The translations under genes were made by a program, and so were the position numbers. From the NCBI RefSeq assembly GCF_963921235.1, contig NC_086107.1, forward strand, positions 100,938,001-101,002,000: a stretch of DNA of 64,000 nucleotides, written 5' to 3'. Positions 1-12,580 of this stretch are shown here, piece by piece (positions within the stretch are counted from its first letter, which is position 1; the number at the start of each line of letters is the position of its first letter). This stretch comes from Mobula hypostoma. Its lineage: Eukaryota. The notes beneath the pieces are model-generated. The model saw only the letters and a list, made by a program, of their open reading frames with translations, was not told where the DNA came from and did not search any database.

Positions 1-74
1 GTTTGGATACAACAAAGAGATACAATAACAACTTTTGAAAGGTACTTGTGTAGGTGGATAGGAAAGGCTTGGAA

Positions 75-155
75 CAGGGGTTCCCAACCCTTTTTATGCC
101 ATGGACTCCCTACCATTAACTGAGAGGTTGGTGGACTCCAGGTTGGAAACCCTTG
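75..155. mobile_element. hAT (Charlie-like) MITE
   Basis: TIRs caggggttcccaacc / ggttggaaacccttg and 8-bp TSD gcttggaa (67-74, 156-163). Inserted in a CR1 3' tail. Confidence 0.85.
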
Positions 156-3100
156 GCTTGGAAGGATATGGGCCAAATGTGGGCAAATTGGATGAGCTTG
201 AATGGGTGTCTTTGTTGGTGTGGACCAGATGGGCTGAAGGGCCTCTTCCCATGCTCTGAGTACAATGGAATGGGATTTCAGAGGCGGGTAATGAGACCAT
301 GGGTGCCTCTGATACTTGCTGGTTACTGGTCAGACAAATTCACCATCTAAACTTGGTACCATTGTCCAGTGGGGTCACTGGGAGGGAAGAATCAGTGAAA
401 TACAGAATAAAGAAGATAACTATAAGTTAGCAGTAATTCAACCTCAAAGGAAGATTCCAGCCATGACATTTGAGCAGGCCTAAAGTTACTACTTCAAGTA
501 GCTGTAATTTTTAATTGAAAGGATTTAACAAGTACAGAGTAATTGTTCCTTTGATGTTATTTTTCTTTCTGATGGTTGTCTGGAGGTTACGGTAGAACTA
601 AAATATTAGTTAGACCTCAGCTGAATTACTGCATACAGCTCTGGTTGTCACACAGCAGGAAGGATGTAACTGAAATAGAATGGGTGTGGAGGAGACTCTC
701 TGAGATCTTGTCTGGGATGAAGGGCTTCAGTTCTGAGCAGAGATTGGATAGGCTGGCTTTCAAAGTTCAAACTAAATTTATTATCGAAGTTACATCACCC
801 TGTACTATCCTGAGATTCATTTTCTTACAGGTGATCACAGTAGAACAAAGAAGTAAAATACAATCAATGAAAAACTACATGCAAACGAAGGCTGACAAGC
901 AACTGATGTGCAACAGACAATCTGTGCAAATACCTGTAGTAATAATAGTAATAAATAACTACAGAGAGAACGTGAGCTGTTGAGTCCATAGGTTGTGAAA
1001 TGAAAGTGAGTGAAGTTATCCACGCTGGTCCAGGAGCCTGATGGTTGAAGGGTAATTATTGCTCTTGAACCTGGTGGTGTGGGACCTAAGGCTCCAGTAC
1101 CTCCTACCTGTTTTCCTTGAAGTTCAGGAGGGACATGATGGAAGGACAGGATATTATGAAGGGCACAGATAGGATAGACACCTCATAACAAGGGAACAGT
1201 TCCAATAACAGGAGGACAATAGGTCTAAGGAAGTTAGCAGGGACTTGAGGAAAGGCTTCTTCACCCAGAAAAGTGATTGAAATCTGGAACGCACTGGCGG
1301 CAGTGGTGGTGGAGGCAGGTACTTCTCACAACATTGAGGAAGTATTTAGATAAGCAATTGAAATTCCACGGCTCAAAGGCAAGTACTGGGAGATGGGATC
1401 AGGAGGGTGAGGTGCTGACATGGAAGTAATAGGCAGTTAATTGAGCACATTGATTACACATTGCTCTGCGACGACACTGGTGCCAAGCTGTATGGGTCCT
1501 AATGCCCTTCCCTTGGACAATATTGGTGTTGTGGAGAGGGGAGACTTGCAGCATGGGCAACTGCTGGTCTTCCATACAACCTTGCCCAGGCCTGCACCCT
1601 GGAGAGTGAAGACTTTCCAGGCGCAGATCCATGGTCTCGCAAGGCTAACGGATGCCTATAATAGGCAGTAGGGTCTGCTAGTGTATGACTCTATGAGCGG
1701 TTTACAAATATGCCCACAGAGAAGACCTGTGCCTCCAGCATTTATTACTTCAACGTGAACCAAAAACTTCACACTATACGGTACAGTGTTAACGTTGTGG
1801 TTAACCAACCTGGCTGCTAACCCGGAAACCGACAGTTCCGAGACCCAAATTCATGATCCCACCATGACAGCTGTGCAATTTGAGTTTCACTAAGCATCTC
1901 AAGTTTGGGTAAAGGGTTGATTGTAATGATGGTGACTGGATTTTTATAAAGCACCATCTGTCAGCCTTGCCCGGTTTGGCCGATATGAGACTCCAGACAC
2001 AACCCACGTGGTGGATCCCTTCATCTCCTCTGCAGTGGCCTCCGTTGTGTCATTGCTGCCGTGTTCAATTTGGGGGCAACCTCACCTTCTTAATGACTAG
2101 TCGGAATGGACAATAAACACCACTGACAATGACTCTGTGGAAAATGAATAAAATTTAAAAATCTTGAGTCATACTGGCCTGCAGGTCGTCCTAAATGATA
2201 CAGAGCTCCGGAGTTCTGATACCCGTACATTGAGCAGGAGGTCTAACGTAGCACCCAGTCCAAAAAGTGTCCTGTCAAGACTACCGGGAGCTGTGTAGTT
2301 GTACTTGCAAAGCCCCCTATTGAGGGTCCATCTCTCAGACTGTCACATTTACCACCTGAAATTAGAATGGTTTCCCTGCAGAGCCACTGGGAGAGCTTGA
2401 CTCCATATGGTCCAGAACAAGTAAGATACTGTAGTGACAAGTAATTCAACCACAACAAGGCTCCTGGCATGACACTGTAAAATGCTTATAGTTACTGCTG
2501 TTTGGATTTACAGTTATTATTTAACGGGTTAGTTATTGAGTACACACGTTAGTAGTTGATTGATGTTTTCCTCCTGGTGGTTGTCAGAAGTTTCTGGGAT
2601 TGATGAGAACATTTTTTCCAGAATCCATTCTTTTGCCAGGGTTGAATATACTACTAGCAAAAGTCTTCGGCACATGTACAGTATGTAGCCAGGGTGCCTA
2701 AGTGCACAGTGCTGTAGTAATTTTATGTATTGCACTGTATTGCTGCTGCAGAAAGAAACAATTTTCATGACGTATGTGAGTGATGATAAACCTGATTCTG
2801 ATATGGGAATTTATTGTGGACTGAGAGTGGGAAGGGGGCAGGGAGAGGGGTATTATAGTTGGGAACAGGGGAAGGGAGAGGGGAGGGAGTGGGAAGCACC
2901 AGAGAGACATTCAGTGATGATCAGTAAACCAATTGTTTGGAATCAAATGACCTTGCCTGGCGTCTCGGGGCTGGGTGTGTCTGTATGTGCACCAGCACCC
3001 CTGTCTCTGGCACTCCTCCTCTGCCACCTCTCCCACCCCCCTCCTGTGGCGCTCCACCCTCACCATTCCCAATATCCTTTACTCCCCCCAGATTTACAAA

Positions 3101-4307
3101 CTCACTCTCCGCTCCACTTCGACAAGTACAGTACTGTGCAAAAGTATTAGGCACCCTGTCTATACATATGTGCCTAAGACTTCACAGTACTGTATTGATG
3201 TAAACCTTTGGAATATATCTCGAGCAGGAGACTGAACAAGGACGATGCTGAGCTAGAGTTGCTGTTGGAAGAGAGGATGAGGAGGGAGAGAGGATGTTCA
3301 ATACACAAGTGTGTCTGGCTACAACGTTCAGAGAGCAACACTACCTAACCTTGAAGTAGAATACTGTCTGCTCTTGAACTGGGCCATCTTCATCAAAGTG
3401 TTTCACTTGCTACAGGGAGGTCAGAATATTGGTGCCCATGATTGTCAGGTTGTGGAGCTATGTGCTGTTTGGCTGGTTATGGACACCCACACCCACTTTT
3501 GTTTAAGGCCCTCTATTCAAAGAGGGTGTGGGGTGAAGGCAGGGGAGTGGGGATGACTGGAAGAATTGCATCAGCCCATGATTGAATGGCGGAGCAGACT
3601 TGATGGGCTGAATGGCCTACGTCAGCTCCTATATCTTGTGGTCTTATCGGACCAGTTATAACGAATCCTCTCCTGAGCGCGAGGCTGCGTGGTTTTGCAG
3701 GGTGGCATTTACTGCCAGTGCAGGAGCTGTGGTCTGCTCGGTCTCTGTATTGTATTACCGTCCAGATACAGCGGAGCCAAAGGCAGCAAGTCACCTGGTA
3801 TCCTGGCACAATGTTCTCATCCATCGGTAGTCCATTGAGTCATGGTGAAGCTGAGCCCCCACAGCAAACACTGCTGAGGCCATGGCTCCTGTGCTCCGTC
3901 CACGCACAAGTACACCACCAGCTAAGGCACTCCCACCATATCACAGGCCCCTCCACCGCTGAGCCGAGGTACCACTTCTGCGTAGACTGTTCTCAAGGAG
4001 GTTCTGCAGTAGTTGGAGGAGTGGGTATCAACACTTGTGGATGTCTACAGGAAACTCCACCAGGAGAGGGGAGCCCTCCCAACCAGCTATCCAGCAAACA
4101 ACAAAGGAACGGGAGAGTGGGGAGAGTGAGGAGAGGGGAAAATCCAGTTTGTGGGACGTCCATGATGAACTAATGAAGCTGTAACTACAAGCTCAGTTTC
4201 CCATTTATCAGCAGCCTTGCGACAGGCTTTCCCACTGCAATGATCGTGATGTTGATTGTCTGCAATACAGAGAGCCCCTCAACTGCAATGTGTAAATGAA
4301 TGATTAT

Positions 4308-5095
4308 TACTTCATACTTTATTGTTGCCAAACAATTGATACTAGAGTGTACGATCATCACAGTGATATTTGATTCTGCTCTTCGTGCTCCTTGGAGTAC
4401 AAATCGGTAGTAAATATTAAAAATTTAAATTATAAATCATAAATAGAAAATAGAAAAGGGAAAGTAAGGTAGTGGAAAAAAACCAAGAGGCAGGTCCAGA
4501 TATTTGGAGGGTACGGCCCAGATCCCAGTCAGGATCCGTTCAGCAGTCTTATCACAGTTGGAAAGAAGCTGTTCCCAAATCTGGCTGTATGAGTCTTCAA
4601 ACTCCTGAACCTTCTCCCGGAGGGAAGAGGGACAAAAAGTGTGTTGGCTGGGTGGGTCGTGTCCTTGATTATCCTGGCAGCACTGCTCCGACAGTGTAGA
4701 TAGATAAATAGATATACTTTATTAATCCTGAGGAAAATTTGGTTTTGTTGATAGCGTGCGGTGTAAAGTGAGTCCAAGGATGGAAGATTAGTTTGTGTGA
4801 TGTGCTGGGCTGTGTTCACGATCTTCTGCAGCTTCTTCCAGTCTTGGACAGGACAACTTCCATACCAGGTTGTGATGCACCTGAGAAGAATGCTTACTAT
4901 GGTGCGTCTATAAAAATTAGTGAGGGTTTTAGGGGACAGGCCAAATTTCCTTAGCTTCCTCAGGAAGTAAAGGTGCTGGTGGGCCTTCTTGGCAGTGCAC
5001 TGTGCTTGGCTGGACCAAGTCAGGTCATTTGTGATATTGACCCCAAGGAACCTAAAGGTTTTGACCTGTTCCACTTGCGCACCACCGATGTAAAT
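4308..5095 (-). mobile_element. Rex1/Babar-type LINE 3' fragment, closely related to 8403-9462
   Basis: ORF 4529-5074 shares the same C-terminal motifs. Carries a small insertion at ~4698-4749. Confidence 0.88.
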
Positions 5096-6588
5096 GTTTA
5101 AATGATTATTATTGTGCTTACAAAGTCAACTAATTAATCTTTTGAATGGTCTTGGTTTCTACCTCCTTTGTTCTTCGGATTCTAAGCTGTGCTATCCTTG
5201 GCTCTACAGCACAACATAAGAAATAGGAGGAGGCCATTCAGCCCTTCAGGTTTATCCTGTATTTATCGAGGTCAGAGCAAATTTATTCCTCAGCGCCTTT
5301 ACCTGCTCTGTTCCTGGATCCCTTGATTCTCTTAATATCCAGAAATCTATTGAGATCTGTTTTGAATAAATTCTGTGACAGACTTCATGGTTCCCTGGGT
5401 TACAGAACTGCTGTCGCACTCTGCATGAAGACATTTCTCCTCATCTCAGTGCTAAGCAGCCTGCTCCTTATCTGAGGCTGACTACTGGTCCCAGGATCCT
5501 CACCCAGGAGAAATGTTGCATCCAGTCTGTGCAGAGCCCTGTACGAATCTTCGAAGGAAAATCCCTTGCACTCTGCTATACCCCAGAGATGACAGGGGTG
5601 GTCAACACAATCTCTCGTGGTGGTAACAGCTCCCTCCGTTTGCAGTTCCCATACACTGTCCCTCCCCATTTGATTTTACCAGTGAATCTATTTAGAGTTT
5701 TAATCTATTTGCTGTAACTAATGCTTTAAAGGTCTAAATAGCGTTGTAACTAATTTATCAAGTTCATGTAATGCCCATTGTTGGATACATTGTACAGTTC
5801 AATGTAAAACAAGTTCTTTGTATAAAACCTTGGCTGATTTTTCCCATACTAAGCTTAGGAATCTCATAGACTGTCATGGAGTTGCAGCATAGAAACGGTC
5901 TATCCAGTCCGAACTATACCCATTATTTTACACCAATCCTTCATTAATTCTATTTTATTCACCCCACATTTCCACCAACTCCCCAGGTCTCTTCCCTGAG
6001 AAGTCAAAGCAGTAGTATTGCTCATAATCAGCATTTCATGTAGCTCCTGTATAGGCTGCTGCCGGGCCAACCTATTGTTCCAGGCACTGCAGGTGCCATG
6101 AGAGGGCAGTGGCCAGGTGGATCATATCTCCACTCTATTTCCAGAGTTATACAGTGCTTTGCAAAAGTCTTAGGAACATAATATATAGCTTGGGCGCCCA
6201 GGACTGTATTTGTCAATGTGGAACAGAGAACAAGTTTGTAAAATATGGCAGGAGCAAAGGTTGTTGGGCACGTGGCCAAGTGATTAAGGCGTTCGTTTAG
6301 TGATCTGAAGGTCGCTAGTTCGAGCCTTGGCTGAGGCAGCGTGTTGTGTCCCTGAGCAAGGCACTTAACCACACATTGCTCTGCGACGACACCGGTGCCA
6401 AGCTGTATGGGTTCCTTCCAAGGTGCAAGTCCATGGTCTCACGAGACTAACAGATGCCTATATGCTCATTACTGTATACACTGGAAAAATTAAAACCCAA
6501 ATAAATTTTCTGGAGCCTTGCGTTCATCTTCTGGCCCTGGGTATTGTCCTCGCACTGAAAAAGGCCGTGATGCTCACTATTTGATCCA

Positions 6589-7126
6589 TACTCTGTGGCC
6601 ACTTTATTAGGTACACCTGTACACCTGCTCATTAATGCAAATATCTAATCAGCCATTCATGTGGCAGCAACTCTATGCATAAAAGCACGTAGACATGGTC
6701 ATGAGGTTCACTTTTTGTTCTGACCAAACATCAGAGTGAGGAAGGAATGTGATCTAGGTGACTTTAACAGTGGAGCGATTGTTGTTGCCGGATGGGGTGG
6801 TTTGAGTCTCTCAGGTCTCCTGGGATTTTCACGTACAACAGTTTCTAGAATTTACAGAAAATGGTATGACAAACAAACAAAGGAAAATCCAGTGAGCAGT
6901 AGTTCTGTGGTGAAGCAGGTCAGACGAGAATGGCTGGACTGTCTCGAGCTGACGGGAAGGTGACGGTAACCACGCAGTTCAACAGTAATGTGCAGAAAAG
7001 CACCTTTGAACCCACAACACATCGAACCTTGAAATGGATGGGCTACAGCAGCAGAAGACCATGAGCATCCGTTCAATAGCCAGTTCGTCAGGTACCAGAG
7101 GTACCTTATAAACTGGCCACTGAGTG
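6589..7126 (+). mobile_element. Tc1-like non-autonomous deletion derivative
   Basis: TIRs ...gtggccactttattaggtac / gtaccttataaactggccactgagtg-TA. Internal N-terminal transposase remnant DLGDFNSGAIV...LLGFSRTTVSRIYRKW. Confidence 0.8.
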
Positions 7127-7319
7127 TATCTTCAGGAATTGGATACACCAGCAATGTCTACATTAACTGCCCAGCCCTCATTGCACTTGAGAAGGTGGTG
7201 TTGAGCTGCCTTCCTGTACTGCTATAGTCTTTGTAGTGTTTGTATTCACACAGTGCCGTTGGGTATAGAGCACCAGGATTCATCCCCAGTGACAGTGAAG
7301 GAGAAGCAGTATGTTTTCA

Positions 7320-7742
7320 CTTACTGCCTGTTACACCGCTGGTGTTTAGGGCAGCAGTGAAGGTCTTCCATCTCTGGTGGTGTTCAGGGCTTCTTTCATC
7401 ATGTCAATAGTTCCTCTCGGTTTCCACTACTGTCGGAAACGCAAGTCCCGGGTGGAGACTCAGGAATACCATCACACTCAGATTTGGAAGGATTTGTCAT
7501 TGCTGTTTCCGTAACAATTATGTTTTACCAGTCAGGGTCGTTAGCTCTGAGCTGAACCCCCAAACCTGGAGGACCGGTGGACCACTCTCAGTCTGTCCTC
7601 TACCCTTTGACCTGTTTGGCATGGGTGACCCTACCAAGGGCTGAAGCATAAAGCCCTGACTCCAGACAACATAACTCTCTGGGTTATTGAGGCAGGCAAG
7701 TCCCCAAACCACAACAGGGTTGTTGGTCCTCTTGAAGGAGTA
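7320..7742 (-). mobile_element. Bipartite non-autonomous RTE-type element (5' leader fused to 3' end)
   Basis: RTE-type leader (accttgtcgt...ggcttgc...gagagctatg...ggtagggtcacccatgcc) joined to a short 3' end. Related copies at ~52270-52595 (+) and ~57630-58070 (-). Confidence 0.6.
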
Positions 7743-8134
7743 TATTTTCAAGCAATGGTAAGCTCAGACTGCTTTCTACTTTCTACAGTGACCTGTCGTG
7801 GATCAAAAGTAGGTGGTATAAGGCCAAGGGCCAATAAATCCAGTGGGCCATCTCTGTACGAAGTGCTGTACACGTGACTCTCACTACCTCAGACAGCTGA
7901 GATGAAGATGCAGATGTTGGGTAAGAGTACAGTGGAGAGGAAAGCAAGGATAAGGGTTATCCAGGAAAAGGCAGGGACCTTGTGCAAAGCCAAAAGAACT
8001 GAAGGTAGTGAAAAACATCAACAAAGCTAGACTGCACTCAGAGTATTGTGAGCAGTTTTGGGCCTCTTATCTAAGAAGGGATGTGCTGACTTTGGACAGA
8101 GTCCAGAGGAGGTTCACAAGGATAATCTCATGAT

Positions 8135-8402
8135 TGGCGGCAAGGTAGCACAGAGGTTAGCACAACGCTTTACAGTACAGGCAACCAGGGTTTAATTCCT
8201 GTCACTGCCTGTAATTTGTCTGTTCTCCCCGTGACTGCATGGGTTTCCTCCGGGTGCTCCCGTTTTCTCCCACAGTCCAAAGACGTACCGGTTGGTAGGT
8301 TAATTGGTCATTGTAAACTGTCCCATGATTAGGCTAGGATTAAATCGAGGGATTGTTGGGCGGTGTGGTTTAAAGGGCCTATTCTGCACTGTATCTCAAT
8401 CA
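8135..8402 (+). mobile_element. tRNA-derived V-SINE (HE1-like)
   Basis: A/B-box-like head and V domain ttctccccgtgactgcatgggtttcctccgggtgctcc...tcccacagtccaaagacgtac. Other copies at ~23935-24172 (-), 30770-30925, 48721-48965, 52945-53205 (-), 60190-60408 (-), 22262-22450 (-). Confidence 0.8.
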
Positions 8403-9462
8403 ATACTTTATACTTTATTGTCGCCAAACAATTGATACTAGAACGTAAAATCATCACAGCGATATTTGATTTTGCGCTTCGCAATCCCTGGAGTACAAAT
8501 TGATAGTAAATATTAAAAATTTAAATTATAAATCATAAATAGAAAATGGAAAGTAAGGTAGTGCAAAAAAAACCGAGAGGCAGGTCCGGATATTTGGAGG
8601 TTACAGCCCAGATCCGGGTCAGGATCCATTCAGCAGTCACAGTTGGAAAGAAGTTGTTCCCAAATCTGGCCGTACGAGTCTTCAAGCTCCTGAGCCTTCT
8701 CCCAGAGGGAAGAGGGATGAAAAGTGTGTTAGCTGGGTGGGTCGTGTCCTTGATTATCCTGACAGCACTGCTCCGATAGCGTGCGGTGTAAAGTGAGTCA
8801 AAGGACGGAAGGTTGGTTTGTGTGATGTGCTGTGCTGTGTTCACGATCTTCTGAAGCTTCTTCCGGTCTTGGACAGGACAACTTCCATACCAGGTTGTGA
8901 TGCACCCTAGAAGAATGCTTTCTATGGTGCATCTATAAAAATTAGTGAGGGTTTTAGGGGACAAGCCAAATTTCTTTAGCTTTCTCAGGAAGTAAAGGCG
9001 CTGGTGGGCCTTCTTGGCAGTGAAATCTGCTTGTTTGGACCAAGTCAGGCCATTTGTGATATTGACCCTGAGGAACTTAAAGCTTTTGACCTGTTCCACT
9101 TGCGCACCACCGATGTAAATTGGGTCGTGCGGTCCGCTACTCCTTCTGAAGTCAACAACCAATTCCTTTGTTTTGCTGACGTTGAGGGATAGGTTATTGT
9201 CTTCGCACCATGCACCAGGTTCTTAATTTCCTCTCTGTACTCAAACTCATCATTACTTGAGATATGGCCTACAATTGTTGTGTCATCAGCAAACTTATAT
9301 ATTGAGTTTGATGGAAACTTGGCTACACAATCATAGGTGTACAGTGAGTACAGCAGGGGGCTGAGTACACAGCCTTGTGGGGCACTGGTGCGCAGAGTGA
9401 TTGTAGAGGAGAGCTTGTCCCCTATTTTTACAGCCTGGGTCCTGTCTGTGAGGAAGTTGAAG
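8403..9462 (-). mobile_element. Rex1/Babar-type LINE, 3' part (RT)
   Basis: APQGCVLSPLLYSLYTYDC, KFADDTTIVG, VVDFRR, KKAHQRLYFLRKLKKFGLSPKTLTNFYRC; 3' tail with a short tandem repeat. Confidence 0.9.
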
Positions 9463-10963
9463 AATAAATAAATAAATAACCCTGGCAGTGAAAGGGTTAA
9501 CATATGTGGAGGTTTTATGGTTCTGTGCCTGTTCTCACTGGAGTTTAGAAGAATGAAGGAGAACCTCATTAAAACCTACTGAATTATGAAAGGTCTAGAT
9601 AGAGTGGACATGGAGGAGATGTTTCCTATAACGGGGGAGTCTAGGACCAGAGGGCACAGCCTCCGAAAAGAAGGATGTCCCTTTAGAACAGAAATGAGGA
9701 GGAATTTCTTTAGCCAGAGTGTGGTGAAGCTGTGGAATTCATTACCACAGATAGCTATGGGGTCAAGTCATTGGGTATATTTCAAGTGGAGGTTGATAGG
9801 TTTTTGATTCGTCAGAGCATCAAAGGAGAAGGCAGAAGAATAGGTTGGAGAGGTATAATAAATCAGCCATGATGGGATGATGGAGCAGACTCAATGGTCC
9901 AAATAGCCTAATTTTGATCCTATTTCTTATGGTCTAAATAAGTATTGGAAGTACCTCAGTTTAAATGGAAGGTGTATCTATATGGAAGCTTTGCCACAAA
10001 TTGGTGAATGATTGGCCTTTAGTTGTAAGAGCCTTGTGTGCAAAGACCTTGCCTGGTGCCAGTTCATCTCCTGTTGGGTTTAGGCTTCAATACTGAACCT
10101 GCGGAAATAACCAAGTTGGTTGAACAAATACCTTAACATGAAGCCTTATCATGTTGATGCGCTTCATGTTGGATTGGTTTTGTAATGCTGGCCCTTTGGC
10201 AGCCATTAATTGTGTAAGCAATTACTCATTGAATAAAACACCAAGAGAGGTTCAGAACTGCATGTGCAATGTCAAGGTTAGGAGATGAAGACGAGAAGCA
10301 GTTACTGAAAAGGGAGGTTCACAGGAACAATTTCTCGCAGGGTGCAGTGAACCTCCAGAGTAGTCTCAGCCCCAGCAGGCTGCCGACACACACGACATTC
10401 TGCAGATGTTGGATCATCAGGGATGTTTACGGAGCAGATCAACTTCTTGAAAGGTCAGGTAATTGGAGGTTGTGTGGAACTGGCACAGGAGGAGTGATGG
10501 TCATCCCTGATCTTGGTGGAAGGTAGAGCTGGTTTGAGGGCTGGCGTGGCTACCCCTGCTCCTATTTTCTGATGTCCTGTGGCCTCCCTCAGTAACTGTA
10601 GCACCAAGGACTGAAGGATGCTCCACCAACCAATCAATACTCCTTCAATGGGGCAACTAGACCAGGTCAGTGACCAGGAGTGATGTCCAAGTTTACTGTG
10701 TCTAACGTGTGTATAGCTTGTGTTTGGGAGACTGTCGGGTTGGATCTTCCTGCTGAGGTGGGGATGCAGGCATCTTCCTGCCATGTGGGAACTCAGTTCA
10801 TAGCCACCTCTCTGTCCTCTGAACTGTTTAAGCGCCATGCTGTAAGCTGGGGGAGGAGCCGTACTGCCTCTATGATACAGTGAATATGCCAGCATGTATC
10901 ACAAGGATAATTGTGAAACAACATGTGACAACCAAGCCACAGAGGAGATTAAGTCAATTGCTG

Positions 10964-11181
10964 CAACACACACAAGATGCTGGAGGAACTCAGCTGGTCA
11001 AGCTGCATCTATGGAAAAGAGGATAGTCGATGTTTCAGGCCGAGACCCTTCAGCAGGACTGGGTCCGAAACGTTGACTGTTTACTCTTTTCCATAGATGC
11101 TACCTGGGCCTGCTGAGTTCCTCCAGCATTTAGTGTGTGTTGCTTGGATTTCCAGCATCTGTGGATTTTCTCTTGTTTGTG
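10964..11181. mobile_element. Penelope-terminus palindromic element
   Basis: Arms tgctggaggaactcagc...catctatggaaaagag and its reverse complement. Degenerate TSD attaagtcaattgctg / actaggtcaattactg. Confidence 0.75.
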
Positions 11182-11227
11182 ACTAGGTCAATTACTGGCA
11201 TAATTAAATAAGTAAGTTTTAAACGAC

Positions 11228-12032
11228 AGCTTGACAATTGAAGTCTGAACTTGGAGAAGACCAAGGAAGTGATAGTGGACTTCAGGGAGGTGCAGATGAA
11301 CCATCCCCCTCTGCGAATGCGTGTCTCCTCTGTAGAGAGAGTTAAGTGCACCAAGTTCCGGGAGTTCACATCACGGATGACCTCACCTGGTCCCTCAATG
11401 TCACCTCCCTGAACAAGAAGGCACAGCAGTGTTTCCACATCGGAAGGAGACTGAGGCAAGCGAGTCATACTGCCCCCCCTCCCCGCCCCTCCCCATCTTA
11501 ACTAAATTTTACAGGAGCACTCTTGAGAGCGCCCTGACAAGCTGCCTCTCCATCTGGTGTGGGAACAGCCGAGCATCAGCCCGGAAGTCCCTACAAAGGA
11601 TTGTGAGAACGGCCAAGAGGATCACAGGGGTCTCCCTACCATCCATCGGGAACGATTATCAGGAGCACTGCATACGCAGGGCCCTTAGTGTTTTCAAGGA
11701 TCCCTCCCATCCATCCAGCATCCTCTTTGACTTTCTACCATCAGGCAGGAGACTCTGATACATAAAGACAGGAACAGTCAGGATGGGAAACAGTTTCTTC
11801 CCTCAGGCCAATAGCTGTCTGATCTCCCTGCCGCCTCACCATTCGAAGTGTTCTGTGCCTTACAGTATTTAATTTATGCACTTTAGTTTATTTATGTATA
11901 ATCCAACTGCAGATTTCATCCTTACTTTCATAAGTTATTGTGTGTTACGTGTACTACAATGCTCCTTGGTCTGGAGAAACATCTCATTTGATGGTATACA
12001 TGGGTATAGTCCAGTGACAGTAAAGTTGACTT
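11228..12032 (+). mobile_element. Rex1/Babar-type LINE 3' fragment
   Basis: KTKEVIVDFR, FYRSTLESALTSCLSIWCGN, KDPSHPSSILFDFLPSGRRL. Confidence 0.8.
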
Positions 12033-12458
12033 AAAGGTGGAAATAAATTTCAGACAAGAGGTTTGGAGAAAGCGTTTCAGGCTTGGGTGGCTGAAGGCAC
12101 AGCCAGCAATGGTGCAGGGATTAAACCTGAGAACCGATTATATGGGAGGCGTGAAGGAGACTACAGAGCCAGACAGGGCTGAGGAATGGAAGGGTTTGGA
12201 AATGTGGTGAAATACTTTCCACTTGCTGCAAGACCAGGTGCTGATGCAGTGTAGGGAGGATGGAGTTGAGGGGTGAACCAGATAGGCTGCAAGTTGCGAG
12301 TTGCACAGTCGAATTTGGGTCAACTCTGCAGCGGAGACCACATCAAAGGCCGTTGAACAGACCAAGCAGTGGGGTAATGGGAGGGGAGGCTGGTGTGGTG
12401 GAGGCGCAGATTGGCTGTCGACAGCTCTCATGCAGATTTTTTCTGTCTGATTGTTTAG

Positions 12459-12580
12459 CTGCAGTATGGCGGTCCCGGCCCGAACCTGCACACCAGCGCA
12501 TTTAAGGAAGGGGGTCCACACTTCATTTCTCCAGACTGGAATCTCTACTGTGGAACCAGCCCCGAGGAGGTGACTGCCAG
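12459..12580 (+). CDS. Candidate upstream coding exon of the same gene (phase 0 to 2)
   Basis: Acceptor ttttttctgtctgattgtttag and donor CAG|gtaaag; 122 nt open (LQYGGPGPNLHTSAFKEGGPHFISPDWNLYCGTSPEEVTA). Joins exon 39520 in frame (AG|C = Ser, then WQAE). Non-repeat sequence. Confidence 0.5.
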
